A stretch of DNA of 64,000 nucleotides from Prevotellaceae bacterium UBA4332. GTDB lineage: Bacteria; Bacteroidota; Bacteroidia; Bacteroidales; Bacteroidaceae. The translations under genes and the position numbers were made by a program. The stretch covers positions 188-64,187 of the forward strand of contig DGTQ01000017.1 of assembly GCA_002394365.1 (NCBI GenBank), written 5' to 3'. This document shows, piece after piece, positions 1-8,928 of this stretch. The first letter of the stretch is position 1. Each line of letters begins with the position of its first letter. The notes under the pieces are model-generated. The model was not told the origin of the DNA, ran no database searches, and worked only from the letters and a program-made list of their open reading frames with translations.

Positions 1-33
1 GTTTAGAGAATTCTCCCCCTTAAAAGCCCAGTC

Positions 34-120
34 CCGTGCGGTTGCTTAGCCTCCGCATGAGGGTGCTAAGCAACCACTTGCCCTTACTAAGTAACCACAC
101 GCCCTTGCTTAGCAACAGCA
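34..120. repeat. 21-bp-period array (GCGGTTGCTAAGCACCC-type); related array at 37138-37210
   Basis: Four degenerate 21-bp units with GCTAAG/CTTAGC cores in both orientations. Confidence 0.75.
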
Positions 121-301
121 TCCCTTTACTCTGAGCGCAGCTCGGAGTTCTAATTACTAATTACTAATTCCTAATTGCTAATTCTCCCCCTTGGGGATAT
201 TTAGAGAAGTTAAAGAAGTTAGAGGAGTTCTCTAACTTCTTTCGCTCCAGCTCGGTTGCAGTTTTTTTTCTAAAAATTTAGTGTTAGTGGAGAAAATTTG
301 T

Positions 302-309
302 TAACTTTG
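302..309 (+). promoter_or_regulatory. -7 box TAnnTTTG; equivalent boxes at 2668-2675(+), 8137-8144(-), 18678-18685(-), 23231-23238(+), 27364-27371(-), 31398-31405(-), 60302-60309(-), 60427-60434(+)
   Basis: Matches the established Bacteroidetes -7 consensus, each correctly oriented upstream of a CDS. Confidence 0.7.
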
Positions 310-314
310 CACTT

Positions 315-2111
315 GTGAAACACGTTGTTTACATATTGCTGACGGTGCTCTGCATGGTGGCTATGCCATCAAGCGGACAGGGGGTTGACTCTCTGCTGAA
401 GAAACAGCGCAGGTTGTTTCCGCAGGAAAAGGCATACGTCATGACGGACCGCGACCTCTATCTGGCTGGTGATACGGCGAGGATGAGGGCGTGGATATAC
501 GACTGCAACAGCGAGAAGCCTCAGTCGATGAGCAGATTCATATATGTAGAGCTGAGGGATGCTGCCGACAACCTGAAGGTAAGGGTGAAGCTAAGAGCAA
601 CTTCTCCCCACCCCTTCAATAGTCTTATAACCACCTTCAACTCCCCCGTTATCGGGGGACAGAAACCCAAGGAGAGGGCGTCCTCCCCCTTGGGGGAAGA
701 TGGAGGGGGTTTCAGGGGATACATAGCCCTGCCTCCTACGCTGACGACGGGCGACTACACGCTGGTGGCATATTCTTACTACATGATGAACACGAGCGAG
801 AAGCTCTTCTTCAAGAAACTGCTGCACGTGATGAACCCCAAGGACATATCGAAGGGACTGCTGCCTACGAACCTCACAAAGGAGAGACCTGTGAGGGAAG
901 ACGAATTAGAGGTGCCCGAGGGGGCTAACGTGGCGATAAGCATAACGGCAGACAGGCTATGCCTTGCCGACTCTACATCGAACATAGTATGGTCGCTTAG
1001 GAACCAGCCCGACCTGTTTACGACAGAGGACATAAGGGAGGGACAGACGACTTTCTACACCCCAAAACTGCCCTACGAGGGCGGACAGACAGTGAGCGGA
1101 ACGGTGTTTGGCAACCTGCGCACAAAGAAAGTGCAGCCTGGCGTGAAGGTGAGCATGATGATACCTTCGCAGAAGATAGCCAACACATGCGTAACCGATG
1201 CTGAGGGGCGCTTCCAGTTTTCGGGCTTCAACCTGCCAGACAGCACGCTGGTATTCCTGTCTGCCAAGAAGGGTAAGCGCACGAGGATGGACAACATAAG
1301 GGTGGACGGAGACAGCCTGCCTGAACATATAACCCACCTGCCCGCCATGCGCAACTATTACAAGCGAACGCAGGACGTGCCACAGGACATGAAGATAGTG
1401 TCATCAACGGTGGACATAGCCAACACGCAACTGCTGGCAGAGATTATGGTAAAGGGAGAGAAGAAGGAAAGGGTGACGGAAACATACCAGAACCTTGCCT
1501 CGCGCACGCTGGTGGCTGACGAACTGATGGACAGGGGAATACGCGACCTGGAGAGCGCCCTCTTGCGCATGCCTGGGGTGCAGATGATAAACGGAAACCT
1601 GTGTTACAGAGGCAAGCCGCTGCGCTTCTTTGTTGACGGACTGGAGGAGGGCTTCGGCGAGGATTACAACGATATGTCGATGCCATCGGTGGGAAGCATG
1701 GTGGCTCTCTCCTACCCTATGGACGTGATACAGCGCATAGACTTCATACGCCCTGAGGACACCGCTTTCCTTGTAGGTGGTGCTGGAATGGGGGGCATGG
1801 CGGCTGTGTGCATCACACTGAAGGATGCTACCGACCAAAGAAACATATCTCGCTCGTCTGCACTGAAACTGCACTGGCCTTTGGGTTATCAGAAGTACAA
1901 GAAGATGGTGCCAGTGCCTGCTACTGAATCGTGGCCCGTGATATTCTGGAACTCCAACTACACCGTGCGCCGTTCTCAGGACATAATGCGTCTTGCCAAA
2001 AAGGTGATAGGCGAGCGACGCGAGGCTGGCGACAACGGAGCTTACACCCTGCACATTGATGGTTTCACCAAGGAGGGAAAGCCTCTGCACGTAGAGAAAA
2101 CGTTTTTTTAG
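315..2111 (+). CDS. Secreted Bacteroidetes protein with MG2-like N-terminus, carboxypeptidase-regulatory-like domain and TonB-plug-like region
   Basis: 598-aa ORF with N-terminal signal peptide; QEKAYVMTDRDLYLAGD, GDYTLVAYSYYM, TDAEGRFQFSGF and LLRMPGV motifs typical of this Bacteroidetes family; GTG start just after TAACTTTG promoter box. Confidence 0.65.
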   Translation: MKHVVYILLTVLCMVAMPSSGQGVDSLLKKQRRLFPQEKAYVMTDRDLYLAGDTARMRAWIYDCNSEKPQSMSRFIYVELRDAADNLKVRVKLRATSPHPFNSLITTFNSPVIGGQKPKERASSPLGEDGGGFRGYIALPPTLTTGDYTLVAYSYYMMNTSEKLFFKKLLHVMNPKDISKGLLPTNLTKERPVREDELEVPEGANVAISITADRLCLADSTSNIVWSLRNQPDLFTTEDIREGQTTFYTPKLPYEGGQTVSGTVFGNLRTKKVQPGVKVSMMIPSQKIANTCVTDAEGRFQFSGFNLPDSTLVFLSAKKGKRTRMDNIRVDGDSLPEHITHLPAMRNYYKRTQDVPQDMKIVSSTVDIANTQLLAEIMVKGEKKERVTETYQNLASRTLVADELMDRGIRDLESALLRMPGVQMINGNLCYRGKPLRFFVDGLEEGFGEDYNDMSMPSVGSMVALSYPMDVIQRIDFIRPEDTAFLVGGAGMGGMAAVCITLKDATDQRNISRSSALKLHWPLGYQKYKKMVPVPATESWPVIFWNSNYTVRRSQDIMRLAKKVIGERREAGDNGAYTLHIDGFTKEGKPLHVEKTFF

Positions 2112-2135
2112 TAAAAAAAAGTTACCAGTTATAAG

Positions 2136-2163
2136 TTCTTGCGCTCCAGTAGGTGCTCAGGCG
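2136..2163 (+). repeat. REP-like family A: TTCTTGCGCTCC(A)GTAGGTGCTCAG; other copies 8338-8365(-), 22744-22770(-), 22874-22900(+), 36350-36374(+)
   Basis: Five near-identical 25-28 bp copies, all intergenic; the two copies at 22.7-22.9 kb are inverted. Confidence 0.85.
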
Positions 2164-2331
2164 TTTCTGCCCCTCGGGTAATCGGACGCGCGAATACGCT
2201 ACGCTTGCCAGAACAAGAAACGAGGGGACTGGAGGGGAGTTACTCTGGCGAACGTTATACCATCTACGGCATGGGACGGAATTTCTGCATAAAGGTAAAT
2301 GTGCCAATAAACATAAGGCTGTAGGCTGGGC

Positions 2332-2460
2332 ACAGTTCACAGTTCACAGTTCTCAGTTCACAGTTCATAAGGTTATGAGGTTATGAGGTTATAAGGTTAT
2401 GAGGTTGTGAGGTTGTAAGGTTATGAGGTTGTGAGGTTGTAAGGTTATGAGGTTGTGAGG
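2332..2460 (+). repeat. Tandem 7-mer (CACAGTT) and 8-mer (GAGGTT(A/G)T) simple repeats
   Basis: Direct reading; about 5 heptamers then about 11 octamers. Confidence 0.9.
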
Positions 2461-2684
2461 TTTATTTGGATTAAGGATTAAGGTTGTTTGGATTAAGGTT
2501 TATTTGTAATAAGCCTTATTCTTTATTCCTTTCACCATTATTCCTTTTTCACCTTACAACCTAAAAGCGAAGCGACCTGAATACCTGATACCTAAGTTCA
2601 GCGTTAAGAAAACTTAAAGCAAAACCAAACTGTGAATTGTGAACTGCGAACTATGAACTAAATTTATTACCTTTGTAGCTAATT

Positions 2685-3773
2685 ATGGCTAAAAAGATAC
2701 TCAACGTTGTGCTTTGCGGTACGGGAACCGTGGGCGGAGCACTGCTCGAACAGATGGCACAGCAGCAAGAGACGCTGCTAAAGAGGCGCAACCTCGACAT
2801 GAAGATTGTCGGAGTTGTGGATATCTTCAACATCCTCATCAGCAATGAGGGCATCGACCTTTCAAACTTCTCAATGAAGAAGTTTCGCGAGGACTTTGCC
2901 AAGGCTCCGAAGTCTGACATGCAGTTGATACACGACAGGGTGATACAGCTGCGCCGCGAGGTGGAGGGCAACATGGTTTTCGTAGATTGCACGGCAAGCT
3001 ACGACATAGCTAAGCTCTATCAGGACTTCCTCGACGCAAGCATATCAATAGTGTGTGCCAACAAGGTTGCTGCATCTGGTGACATCGAGACCTATCGCCA
3101 ACTAAAGGAAACGGCGATAAAGAACGACGTGAAGTATAACTTTGAGACCAACGTAGGAGCTGGACTGCCCGTCATTCACACCATAGACGACCTCGTGAAG
3201 TCTGGCGACAGAATTACAAAAATCGAGGCAGTGCTGAGTGGTACGCTCAACTATATCTTCAACACCATAAGCAGAGACGTGACTTTCTCTGAGGCTGTGA
3301 AGAAGGCAAAAGAAGAGCGATTCTCCGAGCCAGACCCCCGCATTGACCTTTCAGGAATAGACGTGATACGCAAGCTCGTTATCCTTGCCCGCGAGTCAGG
3401 CTATGACGTGAGTCAGGAGGATGTGGAGCGCAACCTCTTCGTGCCACAGGCTTACTTCGACGGCACGCTTGATGACTTCTGGCAGAACCTGCCCAAGCTC
3501 GACCCTTATTTCGAGGCATTGCGCAAGGAGGTGGCAGAGGCTGGCGAGTGCCTGCGCTTCATAGCGAAGCTGGAAAACGGCAAGTGCAGCGTAAGCCTCG
3601 AAAAGGTTGGCTTGGACACTCCGTTTGCCAAACTGGAGGGCAGCAACAACATCGTGATACTCCACACCGCACGCTACGCCCCCCACCCCATGATGATACA
3701 GGGCTACGGTGCAGGCGCTGGCGTAACAGCCGCCGGCGTGTTTGCCGACATTCTTGATATAGTAAATGTATAA
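2685..3773 (+). CDS. hom: Homoserine dehydrogenase (stand-alone, ThrA/MetL-type HSDH domain)
   Basis: Rossmann GTGTVGG; YNFETNVGAGLPVI, LSGTLNYIF, EPDPRIDLSGIDVIRKLVILARE, GYGAGAGVTAAGVFADI motifs. Confidence 0.92.
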   Translation: MAKKILNVVLCGTGTVGGALLEQMAQQQETLLKRRNLDMKIVGVVDIFNILISNEGIDLSNFSMKKFREDFAKAPKSDMQLIHDRVIQLRREVEGNMVFVDCTASYDIAKLYQDFLDASISIVCANKVAASGDIETYRQLKETAIKNDVKYNFETNVGAGLPVIHTIDDLVKSGDRITKIEAVLSGTLNYIFNTISRDVTFSEAVKKAKEERFSEPDPRIDLSGIDVIRKLVILARESGYDVSQEDVERNLFVPQAYFDGTLDDFWQNLPKLDPYFEALRKEVAEAGECLRFIAKLENGKCSVSLEKVGLDTPFAKLEGSNNIVILHTARYAPHPMMIQGYGAGAGVTAAGVFADILDIVNV

Positions 3774-3775
3774 AG

Positions 3776-3814
3776 AAACCTCCCGAAAGCCATTATTGAG
3801 TTTTCGGGAGGTTT
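3776..3814. terminator. Bidirectional intrinsic terminator between hom and the DUF3089 gene
   Basis: AAACCTCCCGAAA / TTTCGGGAGGTTT 13-bp stem between convergent genes. Confidence 0.85.
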
Positions 3815-3832
3815 GCGAATATCTTGTTGTGC

Positions 3833-4873
3833 TTATTGGTTCTCCTTATAGGCAGCGATGCGCTTGGCAACGTTGTCTTTGATGTTGTTGTAGAAGATGG
3901 AGTAGTCGTCCTGATGGTAGCTCTGCGGTCCTGCAAACTCTACCATTTCATTGGGTACAGCTTTGGCATTTGTTATGACGGTGCCACGAGCAATATTCAC
4001 CTGTGCGTCGCCCTCGATGTCGCATATACTGGTCGCGCCAGTCTTCTCGTCCATCACAATTGAGCCGAGGTTCATGCTGGCGGGTGCGTACGTCTCGTCA
4101 CGTTTCCAGTTCAGCGGGTTGATGCTGATACCGTTTGGCAGCATTGCAGCAGACATAAATTTACTTCCTACACTTTTGGGACCCTCAGCGTGCCAGCTGA
4201 TGATGACACCCGTATCAGTCTCGCCGGTGGCAAACTTCATTTGCGGATTCTCTTCGAGATCCTCCTTCGTGATGGAGTAACCGATTGCATAGGCAGCCAC
4301 CATTCGCTTGTAATAGTCGGGATGCTCTTTGAAATAGTGCTTCAACACATGGCGCAGAATGGCTGAACCCTGACTGTGACCTGCGAGGATGAACGGACGA
4401 CCCTGGTTGTAGTTTTGAAAGTAGTAGTCGAGCGCTGCTGTAATATCACCGTAGGGTGTGCCCTTGATAGCCTCTTCGATGCTCCCTGTCTTCTTCCATG
4501 TTTCGCCCGCAAATTTCATGCCAGCCTGACGATATAGTGGGATGAAAAGGTTGGTGGACTCCTCGAACACGCTCGACTTGATGGCATGCTCTACCGGTAT
4601 GCCATCGAGCATTTCACGGTTGTCGAGTGTTGCATAGTCGGGGTCGCTCTCGTTAGCACCAAAGTAGATGGTCGAGTAGATGTAGAACGTGTCGAATTCC
4701 TTGGTGATTTCCGGCAGCTTATACCAGCAGGATTTCTTGGAGTAGTCAGGTGCGCCACTCTGCCCTGGAGTAACAGGAGCAGGGTCGTCTATTTTGTCAC
4801 TGCATGAAGTGAGTACTGTTGTTGAACCGCAGACAAATGTTGCGGCAAGCATCATTTTTTTTAATTTTCTCAT
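3833..4873 (-). CDS. DUF3089-like alpha/beta-hydrolase lipoprotein
   Basis: Lipobox-like LTSC after hydrophobic leader; NQGRPFILAGHSQG nucleophile elbow; CINPLNW-like GISINPLNW; H..DY near C-terminus; start moved to MRKLKK (4873). Confidence 0.8.
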   Translation of the reverse strand: MRKLKKMMLAATFVCGSTTVLTSCSDKIDDPAPVTPGQSGAPDYSKKSCWYKLPEITKEFDTFYIYSTIYFGANESDPDYATLDNREMLDGIPVEHAIKSSVFEESTNLFIPLYRQAGMKFAGETWKKTGSIEEAIKGTPYGDITAALDYYFQNYNQGRPFILAGHSQGSAILRHVLKHYFKEHPDYYKRMVAAYAIGYSITKEDLEENPQMKFATGETDTGVIISWHAEGPKSVGSKFMSAAMLPNGISINPLNWKRDETYAPASMNLGSIVMDEKTGATSICDIEGDAQVNIARGTVITNAKAVPNEMVEFAGPQSYHQDDYSIFYNNIKDNVAKRIAAYKENQ

Positions 4874-5128
4874 GTACAATAAATTTAACAAGTAGATGAA
4901 CAATATATAATAATTAACGATAAATTCGTGTTCTATTCTTGGCAATTCTTGTTAAAGTATAATATAAACATATAATCATCACGAATTGAACATTATCATC
5001 ATAAATTAATTTAATTATTTTACTTAATAGTTGCGAATAAGTTAGCACAAAGGTAGTCAAATCCTTTGAATCGCAATCATCAAAAGACTGACAACTATTA
5101 AGTTTTGACAATTTTGGGACGGAATTTA

Positions 5129-6289
5129 CTATTTTACAGTCAGCATCCACTCCGTCGTGTTCATTCCCATCACTCGCTTGAAGGCTGCACTGAACGTATT
5201 GTAGTTGCGGAAACCACTCTGGTAAGCCAGTTGCTGGGCAGTAACAGGCTGATGTGTTGCTACTGCCTCACGATAGATTTCGACAAAATGCCGTATGCGC
5301 AGACCATTGATATAAGCATTGTAGGTGATACCCTGCGAAGCAAAGTGCCTGCTAAGGTATGAGCGGTTAATGCCAATCAGGGTTGCAAGCTGGGCGAGAG
5401 AGATGTCGTATTGCAAATAGAGTTGCGGTTCTTCGCAGTGCTTCTTCAGCAATGGACCGATGTTCTTGGACAATCCGAGCGATGATGCCGAGCGACTGCA
5501 AATGGATGAGGGACGGCCATCATCTGCCGCTTTATCTGTAGTGACGACCTCTTCTGCAATCCCATCGACAGTAATGGATAATTCCGGCTGGACAAGCATG
5601 CCAAGGTCGCTTAACGTCTCTACACGCCAAAGAATATAGCCGATAAGCAAAGTGCAGATGACAAGCATATCGTACAGGTAAGCATGACTTTCGTTGGTAA
5701 GCGCATAGATGATGAACATCAGCAACACGACTGCCAATACCACGATACTCTGCCACACCTCCTTGTGCTCCAGGTCAGAATAGTTGTTGCGCAGCCAGCA
5801 CCCATACTGCTTCGACGCGCGAATCATATACAGGATTAAACCCACGCACATTAACAGATAATAGACATATAATATTGGCAGAAGAGCATAGCTGCGGGTG
5901 ACAACGTTCCACGCATTTCCTGCGATGATCGGCGCCATCATCACGGCAACGGGCCACAACGGTCGTCTGCGGTCTTGCAGCATGGTGAGCAATACGACTA
6001 TCGCCAAGGGAAAAAACGTCATGGAGTCGAGCAATCCGCCAATCAGGTCGCACAACTTTCTATCTTCGCATGAGGAAAGAAAGAATATCGGCATATACCA
6101 CACATGGCTCATGGCGATGGAAGCCAAGAATGCTCCTGTCCACCGGCGCAGGCGCAAGGGCGGCGTGATGTCGGGGGCAATAGCGTTAGCTCGGCGTAGC
6201 AGCAGATAGCAACTTGCCAGCATGGCCATAAACGTCACTCCCGAATAAAGTATGATGAAGAGAATATCTTCACGAATCTGTTCGTACAT
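5129..6289 (-). CDS. Membrane-anchored AraC-family transcriptional regulator
   Basis: About six N-terminal hydrophobic segments; C-terminal ISLAQLATLIGINRSYLSRHF...YINGLRI and LAYQSGFRNYNTFSAAFKRVMGM helix-turn-helix motifs. Confidence 0.9.
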   Translation of the reverse strand: MYEQIREDILFIILYSGVTFMAMLASCYLLLRRANAIAPDITPPLRLRRWTGAFLASIAMSHVWYMPIFFLSSCEDRKLCDLIGGLLDSMTFFPLAIVVLLTMLQDRRRPLWPVAVMMAPIIAGNAWNVVTRSYALLPILYVYYLLMCVGLILYMIRASKQYGCWLRNNYSDLEHKEVWQSIVVLAVVLLMFIIYALTNESHAYLYDMLVICTLLIGYILWRVETLSDLGMLVQPELSITVDGIAEEVVTTDKAADDGRPSSICSRSASSLGLSKNIGPLLKKHCEEPQLYLQYDISLAQLATLIGINRSYLSRHFASQGITYNAYINGLRIRHFVEIYREAVATHQPVTAQQLAYQSGFRNYNTFSAAFKRVMGMNTTEWMLTVK

Positions 6290-6383
6290 GATTGATGGCT
6301 GTTAACGAATCCCGTTGCAAAATTTCCTAACAAACGAGATGAAGTCCATCGGCAAAAAAAATATGGTGCAGGCTTTTTTTATT

Positions 6384-8015
6384 TTACTTCAGCGGATAGT
6401 ATTCTTCAAACGTTTTCTCTGCATCGGCACGCTCTGCCTTTGTTATGTTTTGAACAAGGAAGTTGGCGTAAACCTCAATGTCGGTGTAGTAACCCTTCTT
6501 GTCGAGCGTGAAGGTGGCAGAGTTATCAGCCTTGGGGTCTAAGCCGTGGGCAGTCTCCCATGCGTCAGGTATGCCGTCCTTGTCAGTATCAGCCTGAGGA
6601 GTGCCTTTGAGCACTGGCCAACCGCCTACGTCCTTAGGAGTATCTATCATACCGCCAGTAGAGCCGTGAGAGCCCTCGTATTTGTAGGTGCCCGTCTTGG
6701 CATCGCTGGTCACGCGCTCGTCCACCGCGTCACGCTTGTAAGATGCGCCTGCATAAGCAAGCACTTTCTCGAATGCTTTCTCAGCCTTCTGCGTGCTCAC
6801 GTTGTTGTAGTTGAACTTGCTGTCCAGTGCGGGGAACGGAGCGTCGCCATGAGCAAAGAGCTCAAACATCTTGGCTATAGGTGGCACGCCACTCTTCTTG
6901 TCGAGGAAGATGGCAGCTGAAGCATAGTTATTCTTAGACACAAGAGGGAAGCCCTCGGCCACGTTGCCATTCATGTAGAACTGTCCTGGCTTCACATCGG
7001 CAGGCTTAGCCTTGTTGCAGTTACCGCAGTACGCTGTAGGGTTGAGCAGGCGCGACTTGGTGTTTGGCTTGGTGCCAGGACCAGCCTTGTAGTAGTTGTT
7101 CACCATGTTGAACTTCTTGGCCTCTGCATCAGCAAATGTCTCGCCGCCGTAGCTGGAGTTGCTGCCCCAGTTATACACCACATTATTTATATAGTCAACA
7201 GGACCAGCCATAGGATTTACGTATCCGTGGTCGAAACGAGGGTTGCGAGAGTCGTGGTCGGCAAGCAGGTTGTGGTGGAAGGTAGCCTGTTCTCCACCCC
7301 AGATGCCGCCATAGCCGTGAGCACCCTTGTCGTGTACCGACATGCGCAGGCTCTCAGAGAGTATGCACCACTGCAGGGTGAAATCCCTGTTGCCATAGAA
7401 CGTGCCACACTCATCCACGCACCACGAGAGCGAGCAGTGGTCTATGATGATGTTCCTGCACTCCTGTCCCGCCTTGTGGTAAGAGTTCATTGCGTCATCC
7501 TCGAAGGCAGGGTTGGAGAGCTTTTCGCCCTTGTTCCAGTAGCGCTTGCCCTCGTCGCCCATACGACAGCGAATGTAGCGTATGATGACGTTGTTGGCAT
7601 TGATGCCGAAGGTGTAGTTCTTGAGACAGATACCGTCGCCAGGCGCGGTCTGTCCAAGCACAGTCACGTCATTCTCCTTTATGCGAAGAGGACACTTGAG
7701 CTCAATGGTACCAGCCACGTCGAACACCACAATGCGTGGTCCCTTCTGGCTCAGTGCATAGCGCAGTGTGCCCTCAAACTGCTTTGGGTCGTCCTTCGTC
7801 TTGGTCTCGCTATAGTCGGTATTGTCGATATAGTCGTCAAGACGAGTCACGTGAATCACCTTACCCCCGCGACCACCAGTAGTGTAGCGACCATAGCCCT
7901 CGGCACCAGGAAAGGCAGGAGCCGAAGCAAACTGCGCCATCACACACTCAGGCAAGAGCAAGCAAGCCGCAAGCAGAATTGAGAATTGAAAATGGAAAAT
8001 TGAAAATCTCTTCAT
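6384..8015 (-). CDS. Pectate lyase, PL1 (Bacteroidetes PL1_2-like), secreted
   Basis: PAFPGAEGYG..TTGGRGG, GQTAPGDGI, NVIIRYIR.R.G, IIDHCSLSW, RNPRF, DTDKDGIPDAWE motifs. Confidence 0.9.
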   Translation of the reverse strand: MKRFSIFHFQFSILLAACLLLPECVMAQFASAPAFPGAEGYGRYTTGGRGGKVIHVTRLDDYIDNTDYSETKTKDDPKQFEGTLRYALSQKGPRIVVFDVAGTIELKCPLRIKENDVTVLGQTAPGDGICLKNYTFGINANNVIIRYIRCRMGDEGKRYWNKGEKLSNPAFEDDAMNSYHKAGQECRNIIIDHCSLSWCVDECGTFYGNRDFTLQWCILSESLRMSVHDKGAHGYGGIWGGEQATFHHNLLADHDSRNPRFDHGYVNPMAGPVDYINNVVYNWGSNSSYGGETFADAEAKKFNMVNNYYKAGPGTKPNTKSRLLNPTAYCGNCNKAKPADVKPGQFYMNGNVAEGFPLVSKNNYASAAIFLDKKSGVPPIAKMFELFAHGDAPFPALDSKFNYNNVSTQKAEKAFEKVLAYAGASYKRDAVDERVTSDAKTGTYKYEGSHGSTGGMIDTPKDVGGWPVLKGTPQADTDKDGIPDAWETAHGLDPKADNSATFTLDKKGYYTDIEVYANFLVQNITKAERADAEKTFEEYYPLK

Positions 8016-8695
8016 AATATATTCAGGTTTTTAGTTTATAAACAGAAGTATTTTAATGTTTAATGCTTAATCTTTAACGTTTAATCCTTAATCTTTAATG
8101 TTTAATGCTTAATGTTTAATGTTTAAGGCTCGCCTGCAAAGTTAATCCTTTTTTTTGAAACCACAAAAAAAACGGACATTTTCTTTCCGTTTGCCACCTC
8201 CACCACAAAACACTTTACTTTATCATTTAACTTTTAGCCTCATAAACTCAAATCAGGGCTATGACTCCTTTTACTCCTTTAATTGTGTAATCGGACGCAC
8301 CGCAGGTGCTACGCTCGCCAGAGCAAGCTCCGCTCTGCGCCTGAGCACCTACTGGAGCGCAAGAAGGCGAATGGGGTAAGGCTCAGGCTGTTAGGAGGTA
8401 TCAAGAGGGTCAGCGAAGCTAACTGTGAACTGTGAACTGTGAATTGTAAACTGTGAACTGTGCCCCTGCTCCCCCGTGCTTAGCTCCTGCCTGCTCTTGC
8501 TATGCCTCCATTCTGAATTTGCTAGCAAATTTAATGAATTTACTAGTTAATTTGCCAAATTTGCTAGCAAATTTGACACAGAAGCAAAGCCACAACATTC
8601 TGAAACATAGTTACACCACGCAAGAACTATGCTGTCTATTGCAAACCCCGTGCTATCTGATGCAGAACCGTGTTGCTTCACATAGAATATAGATG

Positions 8696-8732
8696 AAAAA
8701 ACGACACCATGCTTTGCAGCACGGCGTCGCTT
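8696..8732 (-). terminator. Intrinsic terminator after the lyase and small ORF
   Basis: GCGACGCCGTGC / GCATGGTGTCGT stem (G:U pairs) followed by T-run on the minus strand. Confidence 0.75.
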
Positions 8733-8756
8733 GATTAACCTAAGCCAGAAAATTCA

Positions 8757-8909
8757 TTACTCCTCATCAGGAAATTCTGTTTCTTCTTCAAATTTGAGGT
8801 CGAGAGAACCTGCCTCTTCATCTTCCGTCATAGATGTTTCGTTCATCAGCGGTTTTTCCAACTTGACAATCTTAATTTCAGGACTTTGCCATTTTTTTAA
8901 TACCTTCAT
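8757..8909 (-). CDS. Small acidic protein (50 aa) not in the ORF track
   Basis: ATG 8909 to TAA 8757 translates MKVLKKWQSPEIKIVKLEKPLMNETSMTEDEEAGSLDLKFEEETEFPDEE; starts 19 bp after the lyase stop and is followed by a terminator. Confidence 0.7.
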   Translation of the reverse strand: MKVLKKWQSPEIKIVKLEKPLMNETSMTEDEEAGSLDLKFEEETEFPDEE

Positions 8910-8928
8910 AATTCTATGTCTTTATATT

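Noticed and set aside
1404-2090. Long opposite-strand or alternate-frame ORFs (e.g. 1404-2090, 7227-7982, 25338-26042, 27492-28292, 37234-37947, 38239-38940)
   Set aside because: They are shadow frames of well-supported genes with no recognisable motifs.
8580-8695. Possible further 21-bp-period array or ncRNA
   Set aside because: The periodicity is too degenerate to support by eye, and no promoter was seen.
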